Positions 46,379 through 56,213 of a stretch of DNA of 64,000 nt are shown here, one piece after another. The position numbers and the translations under genes are program-made. The notes under the pieces were generated by a model that was given only the letters and a program-made list of their open reading frames with translations, searched no databases and was not told the DNA's origin. Every line of letters begins with the position of its first letter. Positions within the stretch are counted from its first letter, which is position 1. The stretch spans positions 640,001 through 704,000 of the forward strand of contig CAVPOC010000008.1 of assembly GCA_963706955.1 (NCBI GenBank). The letters are read 5' to 3'. The DNA comes from an uncultured Verrucomicrobiae bacterium (lineage in GTDB: Bacteria; Verrucomicrobiota; Verrucomicrobiia; Chthoniobacterales; Terrimicrobiaceae).

Positions 46379-46960
46379 ATGGCAACTCTCATTCCGCCCG
46401 AGGAATTGCTAAGCCTTTATTCCACCGGATGGTTTCCGATGGCGATGGCGGATGGTTCAATTCGTTGCTTTTCTCCCGACCCCCGTGGGATCCTGCCGCT
46501 CGAAGGCTTTCATATACCCCACGGTGCAAGAAAGGCACTGCGCGATCCGGAATGGGCGGTGCTCCAGAATACGAGCTTTGCGCAAGTGGTTCGCGCCTGT
46601 TCGCATCGACGGGAAACCTGGATCGACGAGACCATTGTTCAAAGCTACATCGGCCTCCATCAGGCAGGTCACGCCCACTCGCTCGAGATCTGGCGCCAGG
46701 GAATGCTCGTCGGTGGTCTCTATGGAGTCGTCATTGGCGGCGCCTTTTTCGGTGAGTCTATGTTTCATCATGTTGCCGGTGCTTCGAAAGTGGCTCTTGT
46801 GACATTGGTAGCGCGGCTGAAAGAGGCCGGCTTTCAGCTTCTCGACACTCAATGGACTACCCCGCATCTGGTCCAATTCGGGGCGGTCTCAATTCCGAGA
46901 AGAGAATATCTGCACCGCTTGCAACTCGCGATCCGGGCCACTCCCAAGAGCCTCTGGTAA
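46379..46960 (+). CDS. aat: Leucyl/phenylalanyl-tRNA--protein transferase
   Basis: GWFPM, SPDPRG, TWI, AHSLE, GGLYG, FFGESMF, ASKVAL, LLDTQ. Confidence 0.95.
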   Translation: MATLIPPEELLSLYSTGWFPMAMADGSIRCFSPDPRGILPLEGFHIPHGARKALRDPEWAVLQNTSFAQVVRACSHRRETWIDETIVQSYIGLHQAGHAHSLEIWRQGMLVGGLYGVVIGGAFFGESMFHHVAGASKVALVTLVARLKEAGFQLLDTQWTTPHLVQFGAVSIPRREYLHRLQLAIRATPKSLW

Positions 46961-47094
46961 TCGCCAGCCGGCGAGGGAGATGAGCTCGTCTTTCTCGGGT
47001 GTCACTCGGATTTCCTTTTCATGCTTGCTTGTCGTGAGCATCTGTTGGCGAACTCTTCGAGAAGCTCCAGAGCAACAAACCGGCAGCATTAATC

Positions 47095-48099
47095 ATGAAA
47101 ACGGCCGTCTTCAGCACCAAACCCTACGATGCAAAATTCCTTACCGCGGCAAACGCCAGTGCCGGCCACGAACTTGACTTCTTTGAGGAGAAGCTCAGTC
47201 CCCATACAGCTAAGCTGGCGGAAGGACATGTCGCGGTCTGCGCCTTCGTGAATGACATCCTGAATGCACGCACGCTCGATATCCTCCATCGCCAGAACGT
47301 TCGCTTTGTGGCGCTGCGTTGCGCAGGATTCAATCAGGTCGACGTGCGATATGCTTCCTCCTTGGGACTGAAGATCACCCATGTCCCCGCCTACTCGCCG
47401 TATGCGGTGGCAGAATTCGCCCTCGCGCTCGTTCTCGCGCTGAATCGTCGAATTCACCGTGCGTATAACCGGGTTCGGGACGGCAACTTTTCCATCGATG
47501 GGCTACTCGGGTTCGATCTCCACCAAAAGACCGTTGGTATCGTTGGAACCGGAAAGATTGGGCGAGTGCTCTCAGGCCTTTTTACGGGTTTTGGCGTCAA
47601 CCTCCTCGGCTATGATCTCTATCAAAATCGCGAATTTATTGAACTCGGCGGCAAGTATGTCGATTTGGAGACCTTATTCGCTGAGTCCGACATTATCAGC
47701 CTTCATTGTCCGCTGACGCCGCAAACGTTCCATCTCATCGATGCGGAGAGCGTAGGGAAGATGAAGAAGGGAGTCATGATCATTAATACCAGCCGAGGGG
47801 CGCTCGTGGACGCGAGTGCAGTCATTGAAGGACTAAAATCCGAGCAAATCGGCTACCTCGGTCTCGATGTGTATGAACAGGAAGCCGACCTCTTCTACGA
47901 AAATCTTTCCGAGCGCATCATTCAGGACGACGTGCTCCAGCGCCTGGTTACATTTCCCAATGTCATCGTGACCTCTCATCAAGCCTACTTCACGGATCGA
48001 GCTCTCGAGAATATCTCCAACACCACCGTTGCGAATCTGACCGAATTTGAACGCGGCGACACCCTGGTGAACGAAGTCACCCTCGCGATGCTGCATTGA
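47095..48099 (+). CDS. ldhA: D-2-hydroxyacid dehydrogenase (D-lactate dehydrogenase-like)
   Basis: FVND, LRCAGFN, VPAYSPYAVAE, GTGKIG, SLHCPL, NTSRG, LDVYE, SHQA. Confidence 0.88.
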   Translation: MKTAVFSTKPYDAKFLTAANASAGHELDFFEEKLSPHTAKLAEGHVAVCAFVNDILNARTLDILHRQNVRFVALRCAGFNQVDVRYASSLGLKITHVPAYSPYAVAEFALALVLALNRRIHRAYNRVRDGNFSIDGLLGFDLHQKTVGIVGTGKIGRVLSGLFTGFGVNLLGYDLYQNREFIELGGKYVDLETLFAESDIISLHCPLTPQTFHLIDAESVGKMKKGVMIINTSRGALVDASAVIEGLKSEQIGYLGLDVYEQEADLFYENLSERIIQDDVLQRLVTFPNVIVTSHQAYFTDRALENISNTTVANLTEFERGDTLVNEVTLAMLH

Positions 48100-48207
48100 A
48101 AGGGCCGTGCCACCGGCAAGTCATTTTCGAACAAGCTCCGCTATTCTTCCGCGACGGTTCGGGGGGAGCCTTGCTGTGCCGGTGAAGGGAGCTCGAAGAA
48201 CAAATTT

Positions 48208-48999
48208 ATGAAACACGATCTGCAGAAGGACTTCTCGTATTCGGCGCTTCGCCCCTTTCGGCGGTCATTCATGGATGGGATGCCCATTCTCGCCTACCAT
48301 AAATTGGGCGCTCTCCCGGCGGGTGCAAAGATGAGGAGCCTGTATGTTGGCGACAAGCTGTTCGCCTGGCAAATGCGCGAACTTCATCGCGCCGGCTTTG
48401 CGACCAGATCTTTGGACTCGTGGGACCAGAATTCGCACCCTCACCGCCGACGCGTCATCCTCACCTTTGATGACGGAAGCCTCACCGTCTTCCGCAACGC
48501 TCTGCCCGTGCTCGCGCGCTACGAGATCCGGACCATTCAGTTTCTCGTGACCGACGCAATCGGAGGAACTAATCATTGGGATGTCCGTCGCCGCGGCGAG
48601 GTGCCCGATCCTCTTATGGCCGCGGCTGAGGTCCGGGATTGGCTTTCTGCCGGCCAGGAGATCGGCTCGCACACTCTCAGCCATGTGAATTTGACCGCGA
48701 TTCCGGAGCCGCAAGCCAAGGAAGAGATCAGCGCATCGAAGAAGAAGCTGGAGGATCTTTTCGGAATCGCGATACATCACTTCTGCTATCCGTATGGCAA
48801 ATGGTCGCGCCGAGTAAGAGACCTTGTCGAGGGAGCCGGCTACACGACCGCCGTCACCTACGATTTCGGCGTGAATACCGGAACGCGAGATCCTTTCGCC
48901 CTCCGTAGGATCGGCGCCAAACATCCCTCATGCAGCTTACGTAACCTCGCCGCCTTGCTTCCGATAGGTTTTCCGCTTCAGTTTTTCTGGCAGCGGTAG
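48208..48999 (+). CDS. Polysaccharide deacetylase family protein
   Basis: PILAYH, LTFDDG, IGSHTLSH, FCYPYG; start may be ATG 48271. Confidence 0.9.
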   Translation: MKHDLQKDFSYSALRPFRRSFMDGMPILAYHKLGALPAGAKMRSLYVGDKLFAWQMRELHRAGFATRSLDSWDQNSHPHRRRVILTFDDGSLTVFRNALPVLARYEIRTIQFLVTDAIGGTNHWDVRRRGEVPDPLMAAAEVRDWLSAGQEIGSHTLSHVNLTAIPEPQAKEEISASKKKLEDLFGIAIHHFCYPYGKWSRRVRDLVEGAGYTTAVTYDFGVNTGTRDPFALRRIGAKHPSCSLRNLAALLPIGFPLQFFWQR

Positions 49000-49141
49000 A
49001 GGATGTTAAATCATCATGCCGCCGCGATGATGAATCGAAAAGTTTGGAGGCGCCCCCAACAACTCGTCCAGCTCGGCTACAATCTCTGAAGAAGGAAGCT
49101 CCATACGGGAGTTCGTCTGGCGCATCAACGCGACGCTGGAC

Positions 49142-51910
49142 TCACTTTGCGGCGGAAACTAGCTTCCTCGCCTCAGCCAACGCGTCATTAGTGTTTGCAG
49201 GCTCTCTGCCACCGCCGCGCGCATTGTCCGGACGACCTCCACCCTTCCCTCCGACCAGGGGAGCAATTTGCTGGATAAGTTTTCCGGCCTGAATTTTCGA
49301 GGTAAAATCGGGTGAAACTGCGGCCGCTAAGGAGACGCTACCACGATCACTCGCCGCCAAGACGACGACGCCGCGAAACTCGCTTTTCAACGAATCGACA
49401 ATTGCCTGCAAGGCATCGCCGTCAATCTGGCCCAAGTTGGCAATGATCGTTGGGATGCCATTAATGAGCTCTGTGGTGGCAGCGAGTTCCTTCGCGCGAA
49501 CAGCCGATTCCTTCTGAGAGGCAGCCTTGAGCGCCTTTTCGAGCTCCTTGGAACGCGCGAGCACCGCCTCAAGCTTCTTTTCCAGATCCCCCAATGGGCT
49601 GTTCAGTTTGGCTGCCAGAGCTCTCAAACGCTCGCTTTCCACGGAGGCGGTTTCGAAAGATCGGAGGCCGGCTAAAGCTTCTATTCGGCGCACCCCCGCG
49701 GCGATAGCTGTCTCCGAAACGATACGAAACAACCCGATCTCGCCGGTGGCACGGGTGTGTGTGCCCGCGCAAAGCTCCATCGAGTAGCCGTTCAGTGCCT
49801 TGGGCTCGCCGCCGATTTGAACGACACGGACGGTTTCGCCATACTTGTCTCCAAAAAACTGCATGATGTCGGCTCGCTCCCTGACTCCGGCGTAGGGCAC
49901 CTCCGTCCAGGAGACCCGAGCGTTCTCAAGGATCTTTTCGTTGACGAGTTTCTCGACGTCGCCGATCTGCGCCGGTGTCAGCGGCTGATGGTTGAAATCG
50001 AAGGTCAGCTTGTCCGCTCCCACATAGGACCCTTTTTGCGACGCCTGCTTGCTGACGACTTCGTGCAATGCCCAATGAAGCAGGTGCGTCACGGTGTGAT
50101 GTCGCTGAATTGCCGCGCGACGGACCAAATCCACGGCTACACGCACGGCTTCACCGACCTCGGGAACGCGACCGTCAGCGAGCGCGCTACGATGGATAAA
50201 TACATTGCCCTTCCTCTGCGTATTGGTGATCTGCAGGCGACCGAGCTCCGACCAGTCGGGTCCCGGCACATGGATCAGACCAGTGTCACCCACTTGACCA
50301 CCCATTTCCGCATAACAGGCGGTGCGATCGACGATCAGGTCGAATTCAGCGCTCCTTGCCGTTGGTGCGACCGCCTCGACCACGGCTTCGGTTTCAAAGA
50401 AGTCATAGCCGAGGAACTTCGTCGCTCCGATCTGAAGATTCTCTTCAGAAACCGAAATAACCTCTCTTTTCTGTGCCCGGCGCGCGCGAGCGCGCTGCTC
50501 CTCCATTAGCCTTTCGAAACCGGCAACGTCCACCGACAATCCGCGTTCACGTGCCATCAATTCTGTTAGGTCGAACGGAAAGCCGTAGGTGTCGTAAAGC
50601 TCAAAAGCAATGTGGCCGGCGACGACGTTTTCGGGGACCGATAATCCCGAGGAGGAGCCTTTTGGTGGAGCGGCGACCTTGAGCGCAAGATTGAACTCTT
50701 CAATTCCCCGGTCGAGTGTCTTGTTGAAAGCCTCCTCCTCTTTTTTGAGCACGTCGGCAACGTGCTGTTGTTTGTCGCGAATCTCGGGAAAAACATCGCC
50801 CATTGTCCGGGCAAGAACTGCAACCAGCCTGTAAAAGAATGGCTCCCGAAAACCCAACGTCCGGCCGTAGCGCACCGCGCGCCGGAGGATCCGCCGTAAA
50901 ACATAGTGGCGGTCGGTATTGCCCGGTTCGATGCCATCCGCGATCGCAAAGCCGAGGGTGCGAATGTGATCGGCGATGACACGAAAGGCCACGTCGGTGG
51001 CCTGTTGAGCGTCCAGTTTCGAGAGCTCAGAGGAGTCCGGTAGGGTGCTGCGGTACTTTTTATCGCTCAGGGTTTCGATCTCGTTAAAAATCGGCCGAAA
51101 GATGTCCGTTTCGTAATTGGAGATCGTTACACCAGCGAACTTGGTGAAATTATGCGTGCCCTGGATGATGCTGGTTACCCGCTCGAAACCCATGCCTGTA
51201 TCGACATGCTTCGCCGGCAGCGGCGAAAACGTTCCCTCAGGGTTCGCGTTGAACTGGATGAAGACGAGGTTCCAGATCTCGATGCACTCAGCGACTCCTT
51301 TGTTAACGAGGGTCCCGCGCGTGTCACCATGCGCCGTGAGGTCCATATGAATTTCTGAGCAGGGTCCACATGGTCCCGTGTCTCCCATCATCCAGAAGTT
51401 ATCCTTTTTGTTGCCATCGACGATGTGAACTTCCGGGTCAAGTCCTGCGCTAGCGAAATGCTGTCTCCAGCAATCGTAGGCCTCCTGATCAAAGTCGCTC
51501 GGGTCACTCGGACCAGGCCGGTAGACGGTCGCGTAGAGTCGGTTTGGGGGAAATTTCCAACGTTGGACAATCAGTTCCCACGCCCAGGCGATGGCTTCCT
51601 TCTTGAAGTAGTCGCCAAAGGACCAGTTGCCGAGCATCTCGAAGAACGTGTGATGATAGGTATCGAGCCCAACGTCTTCGAGATCGTTGTGTTTGCCTCC
51701 GGCCCGGATGCACTTCTGAGTGTCTGCGACGCGCCCCGGCACATAGGGACACTTCACCTCGCCAAGAAAGATAGGGACGAACTGGTTCATGCCCGCGTTG
51801 GTAAAAAGCAAATTCGGCGAATCGGGCATCAAGCTCGAGGAGGGCACGATCGTGTGCTGCTTCTCCCGGAAAAATTCGAGAAAGGAGTTACGAATTTCAG
51901 CGCTGGTCAT
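49142..51910 (-). CDS. alaS: Alanine--tRNA ligase
   Basis: FTNAGMNQF, HHTFFEMLGNWSFGDYFK, DTGMG.ER, HTVTHLL, ELCAGTH, GGKGGG. Confidence 0.98.
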   Translation of the reverse strand: MTSAEIRNSFLEFFREKQHTIVPSSSLMPDSPNLLFTNAGMNQFVPIFLGEVKCPYVPGRVADTQKCIRAGGKHNDLEDVGLDTYHHTFFEMLGNWSFGDYFKKEAIAWAWELIVQRWKFPPNRLYATVYRPGPSDPSDFDQEAYDCWRQHFASAGLDPEVHIVDGNKKDNFWMMGDTGPCGPCSEIHMDLTAHGDTRGTLVNKGVAECIEIWNLVFIQFNANPEGTFSPLPAKHVDTGMGFERVTSIIQGTHNFTKFAGVTISNYETDIFRPIFNEIETLSDKKYRSTLPDSSELSKLDAQQATDVAFRVIADHIRTLGFAIADGIEPGNTDRHYVLRRILRRAVRYGRTLGFREPFFYRLVAVLARTMGDVFPEIRDKQQHVADVLKKEEEAFNKTLDRGIEEFNLALKVAAPPKGSSSGLSVPENVVAGHIAFELYDTYGFPFDLTELMARERGLSVDVAGFERLMEEQRARARRAQKREVISVSEENLQIGATKFLGYDFFETEAVVEAVAPTARSAEFDLIVDRTACYAEMGGQVGDTGLIHVPGPDWSELGRLQITNTQRKGNVFIHRSALADGRVPEVGEAVRVAVDLVRRAAIQRHHTVTHLLHWALHEVVSKQASQKGSYVGADKLTFDFNHQPLTPAQIGDVEKLVNEKILENARVSWTEVPYAGVRERADIMQFFGDKYGETVRVVQIGGEPKALNGYSMELCAGTHTRATGEIGLFRIVSETAIAAGVRRIEALAGLRSFETASVESERLRALAAKLNSPLGDLEKKLEAVLARSKELEKALKAASQKESAVRAKELAATTELINGIPTIIANLGQIDGDALQAIVDSLKSEFRGVVVLAASDRGSVSLAAAVSPDFTSKIQAGKLIQQIAPLVGGKGGGRPDNARGGGREPANTNDALAEARKLVSAAK

Positions 51911-51985
51911 GAAAGCCTTTCAGACTGCCTACCTCGGCCGCCGAGTCAAGCGGCGCGCATAGCGGGAGCTGTGGTGGCGGGGTCG

Positions 51986-52017
51986 TTATCCACAGATTAC
52001 ATGGATAGACACAGATT
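51986..52017 (+). repeat. Short degenerate ACACAGATT-type repeat that includes one TTATCCACA 9-mer
   Basis: TTATCCACAGATTACATGGATAGACACAGATT. Confidence 0.5.
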
Positions 52018-52111
52018 GCAGGGCATGAGAAGCGGCTGGTGAGGCCTGACGTTGCTGAAAAAGGTAGGAGCAAGGCTAGCGCTGAGTCCGTTACCGGCCG
52101 ATATTCCCCGC

Positions 52112-52468
52112 ATGAGTACGCTCCAAGAATCCAGATGCACGGCGTGCCGCGCTGATGCTCCGCGAGTCACCGACCAGGAGATCGCCGAACTCAAACCACA
52201 GATTCCGGATTGGCAGATCGTGGAGCGCGATGGAATTCCCCAACTGGAGCGCGTGTTTCGCGTCAACAACTTCGTCGAAGCCCTCGAATTCACGAACAAG
52301 GTGGGAGTGCTCGCGGAGTCGGAAGGACATCATCCTGCTATTCTCACGCAGTGGGGCAGCGTCACGGTTACCTGGTGGACGCATAAGATCCGCGGCTTGC
52401 ACCGCAACGACTTCATCATGGCCTCCAAAACTGATCGGCTCGCGGCCGAGCTGCCCATGAAGAAATAA
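52112..52468 (+). CDS. phhB: Pterin-4-alpha-carbinolamine dehydratase
   Basis: C.AC, LER.F...[33 protein letters not shown] 52112. Confidence 0.92.
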   Translation: MSTLQESRCTACRADAPRVTDQEIAELKPQIPDWQIVERDGIPQLERVFRVNNFVEALEFTNKVGVLAESEGHHPAILTQWGSVTVTWWTHKIRGLHRNDFIMASKTDRLAAELPMKK

Positions 52469-52481
52469 TTCGGTTCTCGTT

Positions 52482-53864
52482 CTATCCTGGAGATACCCAT
52501 GCTGTCGGGTCCAGCGGGACTGCGTTCAGGATTGCTTCAGGAACGCTCATCACTTCCGGAGTTTTGTTAATTTGAACAAAGACGCGACCCTTCTCCTGTT
52601 TACCGATGATTAAACTCCCTATTATCTGTTCACCCGCGCGTGCCTCGGGCGTGTTCTCAGAGAGAACTGACAAGAAGGCGATCTCGCATTGAGGCTGCTC
52701 GAGACCGAAAGCCGCTGCCCTTTCATCAGAGATTGCCTGATAAGCCGAAACTTCTGCCGTGGACACAGCATCGGCGAGCGCCTGGACAGCCGCACTGCTC
52801 GCCGGCCGTTTACTCTCTCCATCATTGACAATCCATCCCCCTTCTTCGCGGCGAAGGGAAAACTCCTTGATGGGCGTACGAATTCGAACGGCGTCCACCA
52901 TATCGAGGTTCAGGGGCAGCAAGCGACGATCGCGAAGGGTCTCCGGGCTGACCTGCAGCAGTTGCGCACTTTCCGGTGGCAACCGGTAAACTGAATCCCG
53001 TGCGGTAAATTGTCCGAAAAGAGTTCCGGACCTATCGGTGCCAAGCCGAAGCGTCTGATGACGGTCGCTACCTTCGGCATAGATGGTAATCTCGTCCCGA
53101 CCCTCAACGATCCCATAGGCACCCAAATCCCCAGAGTCATCTGCCACGAACTCGAGGATACGCAGGCCTAAAACCCTTTTGAGAAAACCCTCCACCTTCT
53201 GCTCATCAGCCAATGCATGGAGCGGCCTGGTAATCCGCCAGCCAGAAGCGTCGCGGAAAGCCTCGATTTCACCGCCATTTCGTCGAACGATAACGCGGTC
53301 GACCTGATCGGGTGAGAGATCTGTCAGCCGCCGATCCCGAAATTCAGCGGGATCGCGAAAGGCGAGCTTCAGCAACTCGTCGCTCACTAGAAAGACATCG
53401 CGCGACAGGTCGGTCCGCACATAGAAGCGTTCTTCGCTAGCAGCATCTTTTCCGAGGAAGACGGTCAGTTTTTCTTCGCCGTCAAATTGAATCGTCCGTT
53501 TGGGATTACGCAATCCAAACGCACTCAGATCGCCGCTCGTCTTGAACTCGCGTGCTGCGATCCGGTCAAAATACTTCATCTCGGCGGCCGACTTCAGCAA
53601 TTCCTCTACCATGGCTGCATCGGCCCGATCCTTGGGTTTGGTGCTGAGTTGCCAGCCGTTGCCGGTACGCTTAATGTCAAATTGGTTAACACCGGTCGAT
53701 ATCCGTATTTCGCGCACTTTGGAGGGATCGAGGCTCAGGACGCGGCCCTGGCGCTGCGCCTCCGCTTTCTCGCGCGTGCTGCTCGTCAACGGCTCGTAGA
53801 TGGCCAGGAAGACGATAGCGGCAAGCGCGAAAGCGCACAGCAAGATTGTCCTGACGAGGCTCAT
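52482..53864 (-). CDS. DUF4340 domain protein
   Basis: N-terminal TM; three repeats with FGL..P / RDRRL motifs; follows a GldG-like gene. Confidence 0.85.
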   Translation of the reverse strand: MSLVRTILLCAFALAAIVFLAIYEPLTSSTREKAEAQRQGRVLSLDPSKVREIRISTGVNQFDIKRTGNGWQLSTKPKDRADAAMVEELLKSAAEMKYFDRIAAREFKTSGDLSAFGLRNPKRTIQFDGEEKLTVFLGKDAASEERFYVRTDLSRDVFLVSDELLKLAFRDPAEFRDRRLTDLSPDQVDRVIVRRNGGEIEAFRDASGWRITRPLHALADEQKVEGFLKRVLGLRILEFVADDSGDLGAYGIVEGRDEITIYAEGSDRHQTLRLGTDRSGTLFGQFTARDSVYRLPPESAQLLQVSPETLRDRRLLPLNLDMVDAVRIRTPIKEFSLRREEGGWIVNDGESKRPASSAAVQALADAVSTAEVSAYQAISDERAAAFGLEQPQCEIAFLSVLSENTPEARAGEQIIGSLIIGKQEKGRVFVQINKTPEVMSVPEAILNAVPLDPTAWVSPG

Positions 53865-55339
53865 GCTCGTCGACGCGACCAGACGATCAACCCGGCCAGC
53901 GCCGCCATGGCGGGCATGACGACGATTGTATAGAAAGCAATCGAGCTCAACTCCGCGTCGCTCAAGTGCAATGAGAAGTGCTGCACCGTCTTGGGCACAA
54001 CCCCGGTCAACTGCCCGCGGTCAAGCAGCCAGTTCATCGAACTGAGAAGAAAGTCGAGCCCCTGCTGATTGAGGGCAGCATCCAACACAAACTCGCTGTT
54101 GCCGACCGCCACGAGTTTTGCCGATTCGACTTCCACCCGCTCGTCTTTGACACCGCCGCGGGCGGCGGCGATGGCCACGTAGATCGGCTGCCCGGCGTCC
54201 CTGCCTTCATCATAGCGGACACCCTTCTTCTCATCTGTGACGTAGTCGGTTTCACCCCAAAATTCCTCCCCCGCTTGAATGAGCGGCCAGATCTGGACTC
54301 CGGCGGCCTGCGACTGCGCCGTATCGAAAGTGAGCGACTCCGTGGCTCCTGGCAAAAGGATATTGATGCCTACCATACGCTTGGTGATCGCGTTTTTTGG
54401 CAGAAACCCAGCGGTCACTTCTCGCAGGATTCCCGTAGCGAAAGGCAGCCGGACTGTGCGGAGAACACGGTTCTCCAAGGGGATGACTCCCGCTTGCTTG
54501 AGAATCGAGTTGAGTCGCGGCGTTTGGGCTTTCGGATCGAGTAAAACCAGCAGACGGGCGTTAGCCTTCCAGTAATTTGTCAGGATATTGGCCTCACGCT
54601 CTTCGATGTCGACCTGGGGAGCCACAATCACCACCGCCGCACAATCAGACGGCGCTGCATCCAAGGAGGCGAAGGAAAGCGGGGCCGCGCTGACATTCTG
54701 CCTCTCAATGTAATCTTTAAACACCCCTAGAGGCGTTCCCGCTCCGATGGTCGGCTCGCCGTGGCCTTCGAGAAAATAGACCTTCAATCGGTCTGGACTG
54801 ATGAGCGCAATCATCCCATTGGTCAACGCCTGTTCGCCCTTGAAATCCAGTAAACGGGGCGGCTCGCCAGCCTCAAGCGGACCCAGGTCGAAGTCGGCCA
54901 TCTCCGAGACCGGGACAAACTTAGAACGACCATCGTAGTCCAAGATCACGACATTCTCTGAAGCGCTAAATTTGTACTGCTCCTGAAGCTCGCGCGCTCG
55001 GGAAAGATCGCGAGTCGGATCAACATATTCGACCTCAATTTTGTTCCGGCCGGAAAAGATCAGCTCCTTGAGAAGATTCTGGACGTCGGGAAAGAGCGCC
55101 GTCTCCGGCGAGAGAACCGTCGGCGAGAAAAAGACCGTCACGCGGACAGGCTTCTTCAACTCGCGGAGCACGCGCTTGGTCTGGTCAGAGAGGACGAACT
55201 TTTGCGACCGCGAAAAGTCCGCGCGCGCATAATGATTAAAGCTGAAATAGTTGACCGCCAGCAGGAGCACCAGCATCGCCAGGACTTGCAAACCGACGGT
55301 TAATCGGATCGTCTTGCGCGGAATGCCTAGCTTTTCCAT
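53861..55339 (-). CDS. GldG family ABC transporter auxiliary component
   Basis: DFS......LSDQTKRVL, VEYVDP, GEQALT, VYFLEGHGE, NWL, C-terminal TM ending WSRRR; ATG 55339. Confidence 0.88.
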   Translation of the reverse strand: MEKLGIPRKTIRLTVGLQVLAMLVLLLAVNYFSFNHYARADFSRSQKFVLSDQTKRVLRELKKPVRVTVFFSPTVLSPETALFPDVQNLLKELIFSGRNKIEVEYVDPTRDLSRARELQEQYKFSASENVVILDYDGRSKFVPVSEMADFDLGPLEAGEPPRLLDFKGEQALTNGMIALISPDRLKVYFLEGHGEPTIGAGTPLGVFKDYIERQNVSAAPLSFASLDAAPSDCAAVVIVAPQVDIEEREANILTNYWKANARLLVLLDPKAQTPRLNSILKQAGVIPLENRVLRTVRLPFATGILREVTAGFLPKNAITKRMVGINILLPGATESLTFDTAQSQAAGVQIWPLIQAGEEFWGETDYVTDEKKGVRYDEGRDAGQPIYVAIAAARGGVKDERVEVESAKLVAVGNSEFVLDAALNQQGLDFLLSSMNWLLDRGQLTGVVPKTVQHFSLHLSDAELSSIAFYTIVVMPAMAALAGLIVWSRRRA

Positions 55340-56082
55340 CGACGGTACTGGAAGACATGGAGCGTGAGGAAAAGCGTAAAGCACGTCATGCTCAGGTAGA
55401 AAACGATCGGTCGCGTATCGAAAAGCCCTCGCGAAAACTCGCCCATGTGCTCAATCGTTGAGAAGTAATAAATAGCCTCCCGTAGCGCCGAACTCGCCTT
55501 CAAGAACAGAAACGAGAGAAGACCCAAAAAAAACATCAGGGATATCACCGCAAAAGTTACCGTCGCGGCGACGATCTGATTCTTGGTCATGGCCGATGCC
55601 AGGCATCCGATGGAGAGGTAAAACATTCCCACCAGAAGCAACATTAAGTAGGCGCCAAGATACGCCCCGGCGGATTCCGCAGCGCTTTGGCCCGAGATCC
55701 AGCGAAAGATGGCAAAGTAGAGCAGACTCGGAGCCCATAAGATAAGGTAGAAAAACAGACTGCCCAGAAACTTGGCCAAAACCACCTGTCCATCGCGCAC
55801 GGGCGCGGTCATCAATGTCTCGATCGTTCCAAGCTTATATTCCTCGCTGAACAGTCGCATGGTCAACAGCGGGAAAAGGAGGATGAAGGGAAACCAGAAG
55901 AGGACCGTGTTAAAAAATGCTTCAACCACCGAGGTCTGACTCGGTTCTCGATTCAAGGCGAGAAGACCGGCGTGAAAATTCGCCGCGGTCAGGAGCAAGA
56001 AAAAGAACAACACGATGTAGGCCAAGGGCTGATGGAAGTAGTGGCGAACCTCCCGGCCCAGCAAAGTCAAGAAGCGCTTCAT
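55327..56082 (-). CDS. ABC-2 permease (GldF-like)
   Basis: REV..YF..PLAY, PLLTMRLFSEEYKLGTIETLMTAPV, AKFLG, TKNQIVAA. Confidence 0.92.
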   Translation of the reverse strand: MKRFLTLLGREVRHYFHQPLAYIVLFFFLLLTAANFHAGLLALNREPSQTSVVEAFFNTVLFWFPFILLFPLLTMRLFSEEYKLGTIETLMTAPVRDGQVVLAKFLGSLFFYLILWAPSLLYFAIFRWISGQSAAESAGAYLGAYLMLLLVGMFYLSIGCLASAMTKNQIVAATVTFAVISLMFFLGLLSFLFLKASSALREAIYYFSTIEHMGEFSRGLFDTRPIVFYLSMTCFTLFLTLHVFQYRRWKS

Positions 56083-56213
56083 CTGATTGCCGGCTTGTTT
56101 CTGAGCGTGCTCACTTCCACGGGCGCAACGCGAGCCGAGCCAGTGGCACGGGTGCTTTGAGCGAACACTACTCGGTCATGAGGAGAGAGCATCGGCGTTC
56201 GACTCCCGCTCAT
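56079..56213 (-). other. 44-codon ORF or small insertion bridging the ATPase stop and the permease start
   Basis: Open frame MSGSRTPMLSPHDRVVFAQSTRATGSARVAPVEVSTLRNKPAIR* with ATGA overlaps at both ends. Confidence 0.35.

Noticed and set aside
51986..51994. Perfect DnaA box TTATCCACA as a sign of oriC
   Set aside because: Single copy, no AT-rich unwinding region or dnaA nearby, and it is part of a short ACACAGATT-type repeat
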